A stretch of 63,229 nt of DNA, counting the filler, from Craspedostauros australis (taxonomy: Eukaryota): NCBI GenBank assembly GCA_030167865.1. It is 13 parts of 13 records of this genome, joined end to end, with 100 filler letters (N's around TTAATTAATTAA, not from the genome) between each part and the next. Parts side by side here need not be neighbours in the genome. Positions count along the whole stretch, not along the records: positions 8,525 to 39,066 come from JALAGF010005219.1; 12 more parts are not named here. The stretch is one strand, 5' to 3'. The position numbers and the translations under genes are program-made. Below are positions 12,300 through 22,319 of the stretch, piece by piece. Each line of letters starts with the position of its first letter. The first letter of the stretch is position 1. The notes beneath the pieces were generated by a model. It saw nothing but the letters and a program-made list of their open reading frames with translations, made no database searches and was not told the DNA's origin.

Positions 12300-12600
12300 T
12301 GAAGTGACGTTGTGTCGTTGTCTTGTCGTTTCCCTCGTTGTTGTCATAAATTCTCAATGGTTTGTGGCACAACATCGCTCGTCATCATGCGATGCGCCAA
12401 CTGGGTTCTTTCCTTTTTGTGACGATTGTGTGGAAAGAAACCAAATCATGATTGGCACAGCGCCGTGATTGGTGCATAAACACGTCTTGAAAACTGCGCT
12501 CATTCAGGTTGAGTGACGTGGACAAGACCCCCGATCCAATTGATCAATCGTTCTCGGGTACTTCATTAGTTCTTCTGTCGAAACCGAAGTGACGTCGATG
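12300..12600. promoter_or_regulatory. Bidirectional promoter with three AGTGACGT (TGACGT bZIP/aureochrome-type) motifs and CCAAT boxes
   Basis: TGACGT at 12305, 12514 and 12590, each preceded by AG. GATTGG twice near 12450-12472. Lies between divergent ATGs at 12160 and 12941. Confidence 0.45.
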
Positions 12601-12940
12601 CACGAAACAGCTCACAAAGTGAATGACACAAGATCCGACGCAGACTTCGCGCTGCGATCACACACAGCATCTGCGATGATCCGTGAGGATGACGATGACG
12701 GTTGCATCATCGAAGACCGACACGAGACACAAGACGCTGATGCATTCCCACACAATCCTCCGATCACGCAAGGCAATACGAGTGCGAGCGCAGTCGAGAG
12801 GAAAAGCCAGAACAGAACACAACGAAGTGGACGCCGAAGTCGAAGGCGTCATAAAAAGCAGAAGCAGCAAACCCTTCGACCACGATACCACACATCCAAC
12901 ACATCCAGACGATATCACTCACGTTTGCACACACACCAGA

Positions 12941-14947
12941 ATGAAGCTAGGTTTGGCCGTGATCTCGGCCTTTGGGCTCTCAGTCCTTCTTTCTGATCAG
13001 AGGTTCGGCGTGCAGGCCTTCATCGCGCCATCTGCATTCAATGGGCAATCACGGCAGGTCACATCTTCGGCGATGCCAGCCACAGGCACAACCTTCTACA
13101 ATGCCAAATCAGCGTTGCAAATGAGCTCGAGCGACGACACGAGCAAGAGCAAGAGCACGAAGAAGTCCGTCGTCATCGTAGGCGCTGGATGGGGTGGTTG
13201 GGGTGCCGCCAAGGCGCTGTGCCAGAGTTCCATCGCCAACGACCTCGACGTCACCATCCTGGACGCACTGCCAGATCCAACGGGCAGAACGCCATACCTC
13301 TCCAAGACCGGCAAGCCAGTCGAGGCTGGAACTCGTGGATTCTGGATGGACTATCCCAACATCAACGCCCTTTGCGACGAGCTCAACCTCAACGCCGACG
13401 AGGAGGTCTTCACGCCGTTCACCAACTCCTCCTTCTACTCCCCAGATGGATTGGAGGCCACGGCGCCCGTCTTCTCGCAAGCATCGTTGGCGGACATCTT
13501 TGACAATCCCAAAATCAAATCCAGGCTGCCGACCAATCTGCCTTTCCTTTCTGGCGACGCGTCACCATTTTCGGCCCTGACAGAGACATTCAACCGCCCC
13601 TTCCCGCAGCTGCCATCGCCGCTGGGACAGGTGCTGGCCACTTTCCCCCTCTTTGAGCGTCTGCCACTGTCCGACCGCGTTTCGATGGTCGGTCTGTTGG
13701 TAGCCACCATCGATGCTCTCGGCAACCTGGATGACCCCAAGGTGCAGGAGCAGTACGATCGCATGACGGCCCACGATCTCTTCATCCGTTTCGGTCTCTC
13801 CGAACGTCTCGTCGAGGACTTCATCAAGCCAACGTTGCTGGTTGGGCTATTCAAACCGCCGGAGGAACTTAGCGCCCTGGTCGTCATGGAACTGCTCTAC
13901 TACTACGCGCTGGCGCATCAGGATTCCTTCGATGTGCGTTGGATCAAGAACGGCACCGTCAGCGACTCCCTCATCGCACCGCTCGCGGAACGGCTGGAGA
14001 TGGAATCCAACCAGCGCAAGGCAGAGCACGGCGAGGATTGCGGACAATTCAATGCCTTCGGTGGCTGCCGCGTGAGCTCCATCGCTAAGAGCGCCGCCGG
14101 CAACAGCGACTCCGCCATGCAAGTGAAGTACACCGATTCGACTGGCGCCGCGCGAACGATCGATGCCGATGGCATCGTGTTGGCCTTGAACGGCAAGGGC
14201 ATGGCCAGCGTTGTGGAGCAGAGCCCCGACCTCGCGAAGTCCCCCGTCTTCAGCCGCGCGGCGTCCATGAAGAATGGCATCGATGTCATCTCCACGCGCA
14301 TCTGGCTCGATACCTACATTGACACGACCCGCACTCCGGCCAACGTCTTTTCGCGATTCGAAGCTCTGCGAGGTGCGGGCGGAACCTTTTTCATGCTCGA
14401 TCAGCTGCAGAAGGACAACGAATCGGCGCTGTGGGGTGACGACGAGGCGGGACCTCAGGGTTCCGTCATCGCGTGCGACTTCTACAACGCCGGTTCCTTG
14501 ATGAGCCTGCCGGATTCGGAACTCATCGACATCCTGATGAAGGATCTTTTGCCTGAGGCCGTGCCCGAATTCGGCCAAGCCAAGGTCGTTGATTCGTGGG
14601 TTGGCAAGTATCCCGGTGCCGTGAGCTGGTTCTCGCCAGGCAGTTTCACTAGACGGCCGCCGGTGCAGGGCGCCCCGCAGGAACTGCCCGGCATCACGTG
14701 CGCCGGAGACTGGGTGCGGTTGGGTTCGGACCTGGAGCAAACCACAGCGAAGGGCCTGTGTCAGGAACGTGCCTACGTCAGCGGCATTCACGCCGCCAAC
14801 ATCCTGCTGGACCGCATCGTCCCAGCTTCGTCCGGGCAGGATCGTCAAGAGGTGCTGCCCATTCGCGATGACGAATTCCCTTTCAAGGCCGGCAGTCAGC
14901 TGAACAAGCAAGTCATGAAGGTTTTGCCAAGGTTTTGGGTACGATAA
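12941..14947 (+). CDS. Plastid-targeted FAD-dependent oxidoreductase, amine oxidase / carotenoid desaturase (PDS/ZDS)-like family
   Basis: MKLGLAVISAFGL...VQA-F presequence; Rossmann motif VVIVGAGWGG; EAGTRGFWMDYPNI; C-terminal CAGDWV...QERAYVSG. Confidence 0.8.
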   Translation: MKLGLAVISAFGLSVLLSDQRFGVQAFIAPSAFNGQSRQVTSSAMPATGTTFYNAKSALQMSSSDDTSKSKSTKKSVVIVGAGWGGWGAAKALCQSSIANDLDVTILDALPDPTGRTPYLSKTGKPVEAGTRGFWMDYPNINALCDELNLNADEEVFTPFTNSSFYSPDGLEATAPVFSQASLADIFDNPKIKSRLPTNLPFLSGDASPFSALTETFNRPFPQLPSPLGQVLATFPLFERLPLSDRVSMVGLLVATIDALGNLDDPKVQEQYDRMTAHDLFIRFGLSERLVEDFIKPTLLVGLFKPPEELSALVVMELLYYYALAHQDSFDVRWIKNGTVSDSLIAPLAERLEMESNQRKAEHGEDCGQFNAFGGCRVSSIAKSAAGNSDSAMQVKYTDSTGAARTIDADGIVLALNGKGMASVVEQSPDLAKSPVFSRAASMKNGIDVISTRIWLDTYIDTTRTPANVFSRFEALRGAGGTFFMLDQLQKDNESALWGDDEAGPQGSVIACDFYNAGSLMSLPDSELIDILMKDLLPEAVPEFGQAKVVDSWVGKYPGAVSWFSPGSFTRRPPVQGAPQELPGITCAGDWVRLGSDLEQTTAKGLCQERAYVSGIHAANILLDRIVPASSGQDRQEVLPIRDDEFPFKAGSQLNKQVMKVLPRFWVR

Positions 14948-15564
14948 GCGTTGAATAGAATCGAGTCGAGTGTCCCAGAAAGTTGTGCATAACGCACACC
15001 CCACTCTGAAACTTGATTGTATTTTCTTTGCGTTTTGGGTGAGTGGTGCATCAAACATTACGTATCACGCATTCAGTCTGGCGTCGTATGAGTGTTCGAT
15101 GCGTTCGGGTTCTGCCTTCGCCATCTCGGCCAAAAGTGTTCTGCGAGCGAACATGTTTTGTTCTTTGTTTCGCCATTCATTCGGCTCGGTGACATCACAC
15201 AAAGGGAACCCCCACAGCGACAATGTCAACAGAGCGTCCTGTGGCATTCAAATCATTCTGGCGTCGTTGCAGACCATGGCGACAATGGTGCAAAGCGAGC
15301 GTACGCATCAATGCATGTGACACAATGAGGTTGAACTGAACCGCCAAGCAAAGGGCATCGCAACAGGAAGCACCATTCACTCTTGTCACATTATCCGACA
15401 CCACCACGGAGGCACAACCTCAAGAAGTGAGTACCTGCTCGCCCCATAACATTGACACACCGAGCGGAAAGCATCTGCAAGCACGTACAGACACAAACTC
15501 CAAGCACCATCATCAAAGGCATCATCTCGAACCTCCGACGCTGCACACAAGCCAACACTGAAAG

Positions 15565-17801
15565 ATGGAAGAACCCGCAATGGAAGGACTGGTAGTTGCC
15601 GCTATTTCCGACAGTGTTGATCTCCATCCTGTCGTCAAGAATGATGCCGACGACGATGACAATGACGGCGGCAACAGCGAAGATGTAGACATTCCCAACA
15701 ACGCCAACACCAACGATGGCTATATCCACATTGAGACTATCCATACGAAGGGAAATGCTGACAAGAGCATCCGATTGCTTCGGCGCATGCAAGTACGCTT
15801 CCCGGAGGGCACGGTGACAGCGATCCTGGGACCGTCTGGAAGCGGAAAGACCACATTCCTCTCGACTCTCACCGACAGCTTGCAAATGAACATCCAAGGC
15901 ATTGCAGATGGTGCGTATTGTCCCATGCCATACAGTACCGTCCCATATCATTTTCCGAAATTGGATTGATTTGGATTGGATTCGAATGATTCTTCATTCC
16001 TGTATTTCGTGCACATCAAACGTGGCAGCGGTGTGTCATCGTACGAGTACTCATCAACTCCTTCTCTGTTCCGTCCTTCTTCCTTGGACTAATCTCTTAT
16101 CACTACCATACCACCCATGCCATCACCATGCTCTCCCTTTTCATTCCACCAGTTCACCTACCAGGATCCAAGGCAGTCGTGCCGCAGGACGATCGCTTGC
16201 ACGGGTTCTTCACGGTACGGTCCTACATGAAGCACTACGCGCGCCTTTCGGGACGTACCCAAGGTCCAGTACTGGAACAGGAGATCGATTCGCTCCTTGC
16301 CAAGCTGGGTCTCACGGAGCAAGCCAACACGATCGTTGGTGACATCTTCCTCAAGGGCTTATCCGGTGGACAGAAAAGGAGGCTGTCCATCGGATTGGAG
16401 GCATTGACGTCTCCCAACAACTTCTTCCTCGACGAGCCCACGTCTGGCCTGGACGCCGAGTCCGCATACCAGGTGATGGAGTTCCTCAAGGAATATGCCC
16501 GCTCCGCCGCCGGACGGCGCGTCATCCTCACCATCCACCAGCCGTCCAGTTTCATCTGGCAACTGGTCGACAACGTCGTGTTGCTCAGCAAGGGGCGGCT
16601 GATGTACACGGGAAGCCGCAAGCGGATGGAGGATTTCTTTGCTGAGAACGGACACCCGACGCCGGAAGGCTGGAACCGTGCCGATCACTACGTCACCATG
16701 GTCAATGATGAATTCCGCATCCACGCAAAGACCGTCACCGAATGGGCCGAATTGTTCGACAGCTGGCAAGGTCACAGCACATTTTATTCGGCGGCAATGG
16801 ACATCAGCACTGACCATGCCAACGACGACAAGCAAAAGCACGATCAATCCACTTCGCAGGGTGAAAGCAACAAACGGGCCTCTCGCAGCTTCAGCTTGAA
16901 GCAGGTCGGGAATCTGGAGCACAAGCACACGTTCCGGTCCGGTGGCTTCGCCGTCGTGATGGAATTGACGTACCGTTACTTCCTCAACCTCTGGTTCAAC
17001 CCCGGCATCCTTCTCACGCGAGTCGCCATGTACTCCTTGCTAGCGCTGATGGTCGGTGCGTTGTTCTGGGAGCTGGGCGAGCGCGACGACTTCGACAGCA
17101 TCCTATCTCGTGCCGCCGTTCTCTTTTACTGCGTCTCGTTCTTCATCTTCATGAGTGTGGCCGTGCTGCCGTTCACCGTCATCGAACGCGGCATCGTGGA
17201 CAAAGAGGTGCTCAACAATTACTACCACCCCATCGCGTACCAGATGGCACAGGGTTTGGCGACGCTGCCCGGAGCCGGCCTGTTGGCTTTCCTGGTCTCT
17301 CTCATCGTCTTGACGATGCTCAAGTTCAAGGACCCCTTCTGGTACTTCCTCAACATGTACCTGTCGCTCCTGACATCCGAAGCGCTGGCGCAGCTCGTGT
17401 CTCATGTCGTGCCGCACTTCATCATCGGAATGGCGTTGCTGGCAGGGCTGTTTGGTTTCTTCATGCTCTTCCAGGGCTTCATGATCACGCCCTCCGACTT
17501 CCCCAATTGGCTGGAATGGACTCACTACATCGCCTTCCACACATACTCGTGGCGCTCCTTCATGAAGACCGAATTCGACGACGAGACTTTCAACAGTGAG
17601 CAATTTCCGACAGGCGAAGCCGTGCTCAAATTCTACGAAATCGAAGATGTGGATCGTGGCAACGACATGGCCGTCCTGGCCGGGTACGCCATCTTCCTGC
17701 ACCTCTGTTCCTTCGTGGTGCTGCATGTCCGCCATACATTGTTCTACGGGCGTCTGGAGAAGCCCAATGTTGAGAACCTGCAGCAGACCAAGGAAGAGTG
17801 A
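15565..17801 (+). CDS. ABCG (White-family) half transporter; join(15565..15910,16153..17801)
   Basis: Walker A GPSGSGKT in exon 1; signature LSGGQKRRL, Walker B FFLDEPTSGLD, TIHQP; C-terminal ABC2 membrane domain. The GT-AG intron at 15911-16152 keeps the frame. Confidence 0.9.
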
Positions 17802-17982
17802 GCGGGTGTAGAGGAATCGTACAGCATATTTTCGACGACAGAACAAATGCGTCTAGTCATTTTGTTTGTTACCTATGTGTATGTCTCTGCGTATGCTACA
17901 TCCGGACAGATAAATTAACAAATAACAGCACTATTTCATCATAATCGAATCCTCTTCTCTGCTCTGCTCCATCTCAAATGCT

Positions 17983-20283
17983 TCAAGCCGGCATCAGCAC
18001 TGTTCTTGACTCGTAATCTTTCTGTGGCCCACGAACCCTGTACGTCGTCACGATTTGTTCCACGCTCAATCCACCCTCCTGCAACTGGATCTCGAACGTT
18101 CCCTTGTACAAATCCTTGACGCAAAGATGATCGGACGTCGCAACCCATACCATGCTATTTCCAGACTTCCTATCAGGCTGTGGCTCTTGCTGGAACCGCA
18201 AGTTTAGGAAAATGTATGTCCGCTGGCCGTTCTCCACGAAGTAGATCTCCAAATCGCCATGCTCCGTCACGATGTACTCGTACTCGCGAAACACCTCCAG
18301 CGCCTTCGTGGGCGTCAATTGGAAGATCCCATCCTCTCTGTACAGCACGTACGGCTTGGGAGCACCGTTCGCTGTGCCTTGCTCCTTGTGGTGAACAGCA
18401 CCCTCCTTTGCTTTGTCGCTGTTGCGTTCATTTTCACCCCCATCGTACTTCTGCACATATTTGATCCTGCCGGAGATGGTCTCCTTGCGATTGTTGTCAT
18501 TGAAATGGCAGATGGATCGTTCGAATGTGTAATTCCCCACCATCGATCGCAGAAGGGTCTCCGCGAGCGGGAAAGGAGCAGGCTTCGACGATTCAGAATT
18601 CGGCATTGTATCCGAGGCAACAACCGTCTGCATGCCGCTGACGTCCTGCTCCACGTCCCTGTACGCCTCCTGCTTCGTGACGGCGTCACTCTGAAAGAAG
18701 GCAGGTGAAACGAAATCGCCTTTGTTGCCACCCAGCGTACCTGCAGATGGATCCATGCCGAGATGCGTCGCCATGGTGTCCACGTATCCAACATAGTCCC
18801 AATTTGGAAACTGCGGTTTGGGATCCATGGCTCGCACAGTATCGTGCACAAGCAACGCCTGCTGCATAGCCTCATTCTCAACGTGCAACGTTCCCGCGCA
18901 CCACTTCGCAACGAGCCGGGCTTGCAGCTCGATCGCGCCGAGGTAGGGGCCTCTGTACATACCACAAAAGCCAAATCGAGGTAGATCGGGATGGATCGTA
19001 TCCCAGCAGCTAACAAATGGTGAATACCCAGCCAGGGTGGCATCGTATTGCAAGGTGTCGCGAATGGATTGATCGAGAATGTCGGCGCAATTGGATGTGT
19101 AACCTGTGCAAGCGATCACGCTGTCAATCCCAGCGATGGATTGCCGAGATATGGCATTGTTCTCGCCACCGTTGTGCATGTCCACCTCCATCGTCCGATC
19201 AGATGTCAGTTCGACGGCACGCCCACGGACAACCTCGATTGAGCCGCTCGCGAGTAGATTGAGGTAGTCATCGGATATGGTGACGAACGGAGGCGAGGCG
19301 TGTTGATCGCTGGGCTGCCCCAGCATCGTGCGGGCCTGCTTCGATCCTACTAACTGCCGAAGATAATCGTGCTTGGCTTTGCAGGCATCCTGTGACATGG
19401 CGATCTGCTGCGGCACACTCGGTGCATCATGTTGACGTGAATAAAAAGCGACATCGATCGGGACGAAAGTGTCGCTGGATGGCAAATATCGCGGGACGAC
19501 CCACGGCACGGTGGGCACAACGTGTATCACTTTCTTGGCACGCGATGCAACGTTCGCGGCAATTTCCATGCCGGAAAAGCCGGATCCGATCACAGCGACC
19601 GTCTGATTGTGAAACTCTGCGTTGTTTCTGTACTTTGATGAATGCAGGACTTTGCCTTCAAAGTCGGGTCGCAACAAGCCTTCGGGGATGTGAGGCGTTG
19701 AGAAGAAGCCCGTGGCAACGACCACTCCATCGAATGTCTGCTTGTGTTTGGTGTACAACTTTGAGCTGATCGTACTGTCATCTGGCTTGGTTTCGCCTGT
19801 CTCTGCAGTGTCGTCACCGTTGTTCGGTTGATTCTCCTGGATGTCGTTGACTTCATTCCCAGCAACGCACAGTTGCCTCCATTCGACCGTGTAGGATGGA
19901 CCGCTCTCTCCGGATCCCGCAGCACCCTCCTGCCCATCCGCGCACCGCACCACGTTGATCACCTCGCAACCGAACTTGAAATGCGAGTCATCGACGATGA
20001 ACGCGTCGGCGTAGGCCTGAAAGTAGCGATGCATATGATGCACCGTCGGAAAGGTGGGCGTGCCGTCAGGCCACGGCAGATCGGAGAATCGGCACGTGTG
20101 CTTGGATAGGTTGGTCGTCATGCAATCCCACATCTTGAAGGAGGGACTCGCATCGTCGACGTTCCATGCTCCGCCGATGGATTGGCAGACATCGAAGATC
20201 ACGGGACGCATGCCGTTGGCGATCAAGTGACGGCTTGCCGCCAATCCGGATGCGCCGGATCCAATCACGGCGACTTCCAACAT
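17983..20283 (-). CDS. Flavin-containing monooxygenase (FMO-like) with C-terminal DUF6314-like domain
   Basis: VAVIGSGASG (FAD), VVATG, FEGKVLHSSKYR (FMO motif), VIGSGFSG (NADP), ACTGY. C-terminus has LYREDG...REYEY...HLCVKDLY...VRGPQKDY. Confidence 0.85.
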   Translation of the reverse strand: MLEVAVIGSGASGLAASRHLIANGMRPVIFDVCQSIGGAWNVDDASPSFKMWDCMTTNLSKHTCRFSDLPWPDGTPTFPTVHHMHRYFQAYADAFIVDDSHFKFGCEVINVVRCADGQEGAAGSGESGPSYTVEWRQLCVAGNEVNDIQENQPNNGDDTAETGETKPDDSTISSKLYTKHKQTFDGVVVATGFFSTPHIPEGLLRPDFEGKVLHSSKYRNNAEFHNQTVAVIGSGFSGMEIAANVASRAKKVIHVVPTVPWVVPRYLPSSDTFVPIDVAFYSRQHDAPSVPQQIAMSQDACKAKHDYLRQLVGSKQARTMLGQPSDQHASPPFVTISDDYLNLLASGSIEVVRGRAVELTSDRTMEVDMHNGGENNAISRQSIAGIDSVIACTGYTSNCADILDQSIRDTLQYDATLAGYSPFVSCWDTIHPDLPRFGFCGMYRGPYLGAIELQARLVAKWCAGTLHVENEAMQQALLVHDTVRAMDPKPQFPNWDYVGYVDTMATHLGMDPSAGTLGGNKGDFVSPAFFQSDAVTKQEAYRDVEQDVSGMQTVVASDTMPNSESSKPAPFPLAETLLRSMVGNYTFERSICHFNDNNRKETISGRIKYVQKYDGGENERNSDKAKEGAVHHKEQGTANGAPKPYVLYREDGIFQLTPTKALEVFREYEYIVTEHGDLEIYFVENGQRTYIFLNLRFQQEPQPDRKSGNSMVWVATSDHLCVKDLYKGTFEIQLQEGGLSVEQIVTTYRVRGPQKDYESRTVLMPA

Positions 20284-20389
20284 CGGGATGCAGCTTGTTC
20301 GTTGTTCTCTATTCTATCGAACGTGTTCGGAGCGTTGTACGACTACGAGTATGTATGGTGCATGCAAGGTGGGGTTGATGTTTCAGTGT

Positions 20390-20437
20390 GGTATTGTGGC
20401 ATTGTGGCATTGTGGCATTGTGGCATTGTGGCATTGT
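20390..20437 (+). repeat. Octamer microsatellite (TGTGGCAT)n upstream of the FMO
   Basis: Five to six tandem TTGTGGCA units. Confidence 0.9.
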
Positions 20438-20764
20438 GATTGTGTTGCAACAGAACACACCAAAACACATCAAATGTTTGACGAAGATCGGCGTCGTGAT
20501 GGGATCTTTTGGCGGACACGATGGCAATGATTCTCTTCGCTTCTTTTTTTATTTTGAATAGTCGGATGTACTTCTTTGATGGCTGATCTTTCGTTGTTGG
20601 AAGAGGACTGGTAGACTTTGTAGGGTTTAGCATGTCACTGCGCATATGGTAGAGTAGCTTATATCACAGCATACCATGCATTGCAATACTCTTATCCTGC
20701 CTCCAGATGACTACACTGCCATGCCCAATATGCCCAATATGCCCAATACGCCCATGACACCTGT

Positions 20765-21850
20765 TCACACGAAATAATCGGACACCATGACTCTTTGTTG
20801 ACGCGTCACCGTGTCTTGCACCACCAAGCGGCCATCTGGTTTGATGGAGATTGGCAGAACGGGCGTCTTGTCGTCGCCATCGCGCAGGACCAACGGCACG
20901 GTCCAATCTACATGCTGCTTCCACTTGGCCAGAAGCAGATCCTGCGTCATGGTGCGCCGCGACATGGCGTTCATGAATTCGACGAGACCGTACGTGATAT
21001 CAACGCCGAGCTGCTGGGCCTTGTCGTCCCACTGCGGCGATGCGGATGCGCCGCACAAGTATTCGGCGATGCTCGTCGATGGACGGCCGTCGTTGGCATC
21101 GATGGTCGGGGCCACCTTGACGTTGACGCCGACGCCGATGAGGAACCATTCTCTGGATTCATCCATCTCGATGAGGACGCCGGCGATCTTGCGTTGGTTG
21201 ACGAGGACGTCGTTGGGCCATTTGATGTTGACTGTCGGTTTGGGTATGCGCGGTCGGTCGACAGCCGCTGCTGCGCCGTCGTCGCTGAAACACGATTCCT
21301 TCCACAACCGCAACAACAGGGGTTCGATTTGCTGCGCCATGACGAGTCCCATCGCTAACGGCAGCAACGTCATGGGCAGCTGCGTCCACGCGTTGCACCG
21401 GATCGCCATCGTGACGAAGGTGTTGCCGCGCCGTGACAACCATCGCCGACCATTCGTGCCGCGTCCGTTGGTCTGCTGCGTCGTCGTGACGCAGATGGCG
21501 TTCCTTTTGGTCAGATCGTTGCAGAAGCCTTCGTCTCGCAGCAGTTCTTTGGCGAGATCTTGCGTCGATTCCGTTTCGGCCGCGTGCACCAGCACGATGG
21601 AATCGTCCTTGCTATGCAGCGAGATGGTTGGTTGGGACGATGCATCGCACGTCTGTTGCTGCCGACACGAATCCGTGTCCTGTGCGGCATCCGTCTGAGC
21701 CTTCGCGGAGAGTGCGCATGCCATGATAAGCGATGGCGTCGCCAACAGCGTTGTCGGAAGCAGAAAGCAAGCCGCCGAAGGAATGAACGCGAGGATGATC
21801 ACAGCCAATCGATGCAAATTAGATGCTCTTGCGCAGCGAGCGAGCGGCAT
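20765..21850 (-). CDS. Biotin--protein ligase (BirA/BPL catalytic domain), probably plastid-targeted
   Basis: QTNGRGTNGRRW, KWPNDVLV..RKIAGVLIE, IGVGVNV. Hydrophobic N-terminal signal ending SAAC-F. Confidence 0.85.
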   Translation of the reverse strand: MPLARCARASNLHRLAVIILAFIPSAACFLLPTTLLATPSLIMACALSAKAQTDAAQDTDSCRQQQTCDASSQPTISLHSKDDSIVLVHAAETESTQDLAKELLRDEGFCNDLTKRNAICVTTTQQTNGRGTNGRRWLSRRGNTFVTMAIRCNAWTQLPMTLLPLAMGLVMAQQIEPLLLRLWKESCFSDDGAAAAVDRPRIPKPTVNIKWPNDVLVNQRKIAGVLIEMDESREWFLIGVGVNVKVAPTIDANDGRPSTSIAEYLCGASASPQWDDKAQQLGVDITYGLVEFMNAMSRRTMTQDLLLAKWKQHVDWTVPLVLRDGDDKTPVLPISIKPDGRLVVQDTVTRQQRVMVSDYFV

Positions 21851-21949
21851 GGCCGATGCTGTTGGATAGGCTTAGAGCATGCAGGAATGATGCTGTGGGT
21901 TGATTGCCTTCTCTGGAACTCAATGGTGGGGCAGATGGAGTATTAGTAG

Positions 21950-21976
21950 GAGAGAGAGAGAGAGAGAGAGAGAGAG
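21950..21976 (+). repeat. (GA)n microsatellite
   Basis: About 13 GA units between the divergent BPL and CDC23 genes. Confidence 0.9.
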
Positions 21977-22319
21977 TATGGCACCGTGCTGACCTCCAAT
22001 GATGATGGCATGTCATCCATGCAGCTTGGTCGGATTGTTCCTTTGCACGTGTTGGCGCCAACTGCCACTTTGGATGGAGATGCCGAGTCACGAGTTGACA
22101 CGATTGATTGTTCAAATTCAAATTCCACCACCACCACGGAAGGCCAAAACAATGACACAATCGAAGATCCATTCCGAGAACGGCATCAAATCAGAACAAA
22201 CATATAATACAATACAACAGAACAGAGAGCAAGGGAAAGGGCTGCACCATTGACAAGATAAGACCACATTCTATTCTAGCAAAGCAGAGAAGGAACCAAA
22301 GGAAAGGAAGAGAGAAGCC

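Noticed and set aside
12683..12940. N-terminal extensions from the ORF track (also 12161-12295, 27495-27560, 32822-33076, 33479-33628)
   Set aside because: Downstream ATGs give canonical signal peptides or domain starts; the extensions are low-complexity 5' UTR sequence.
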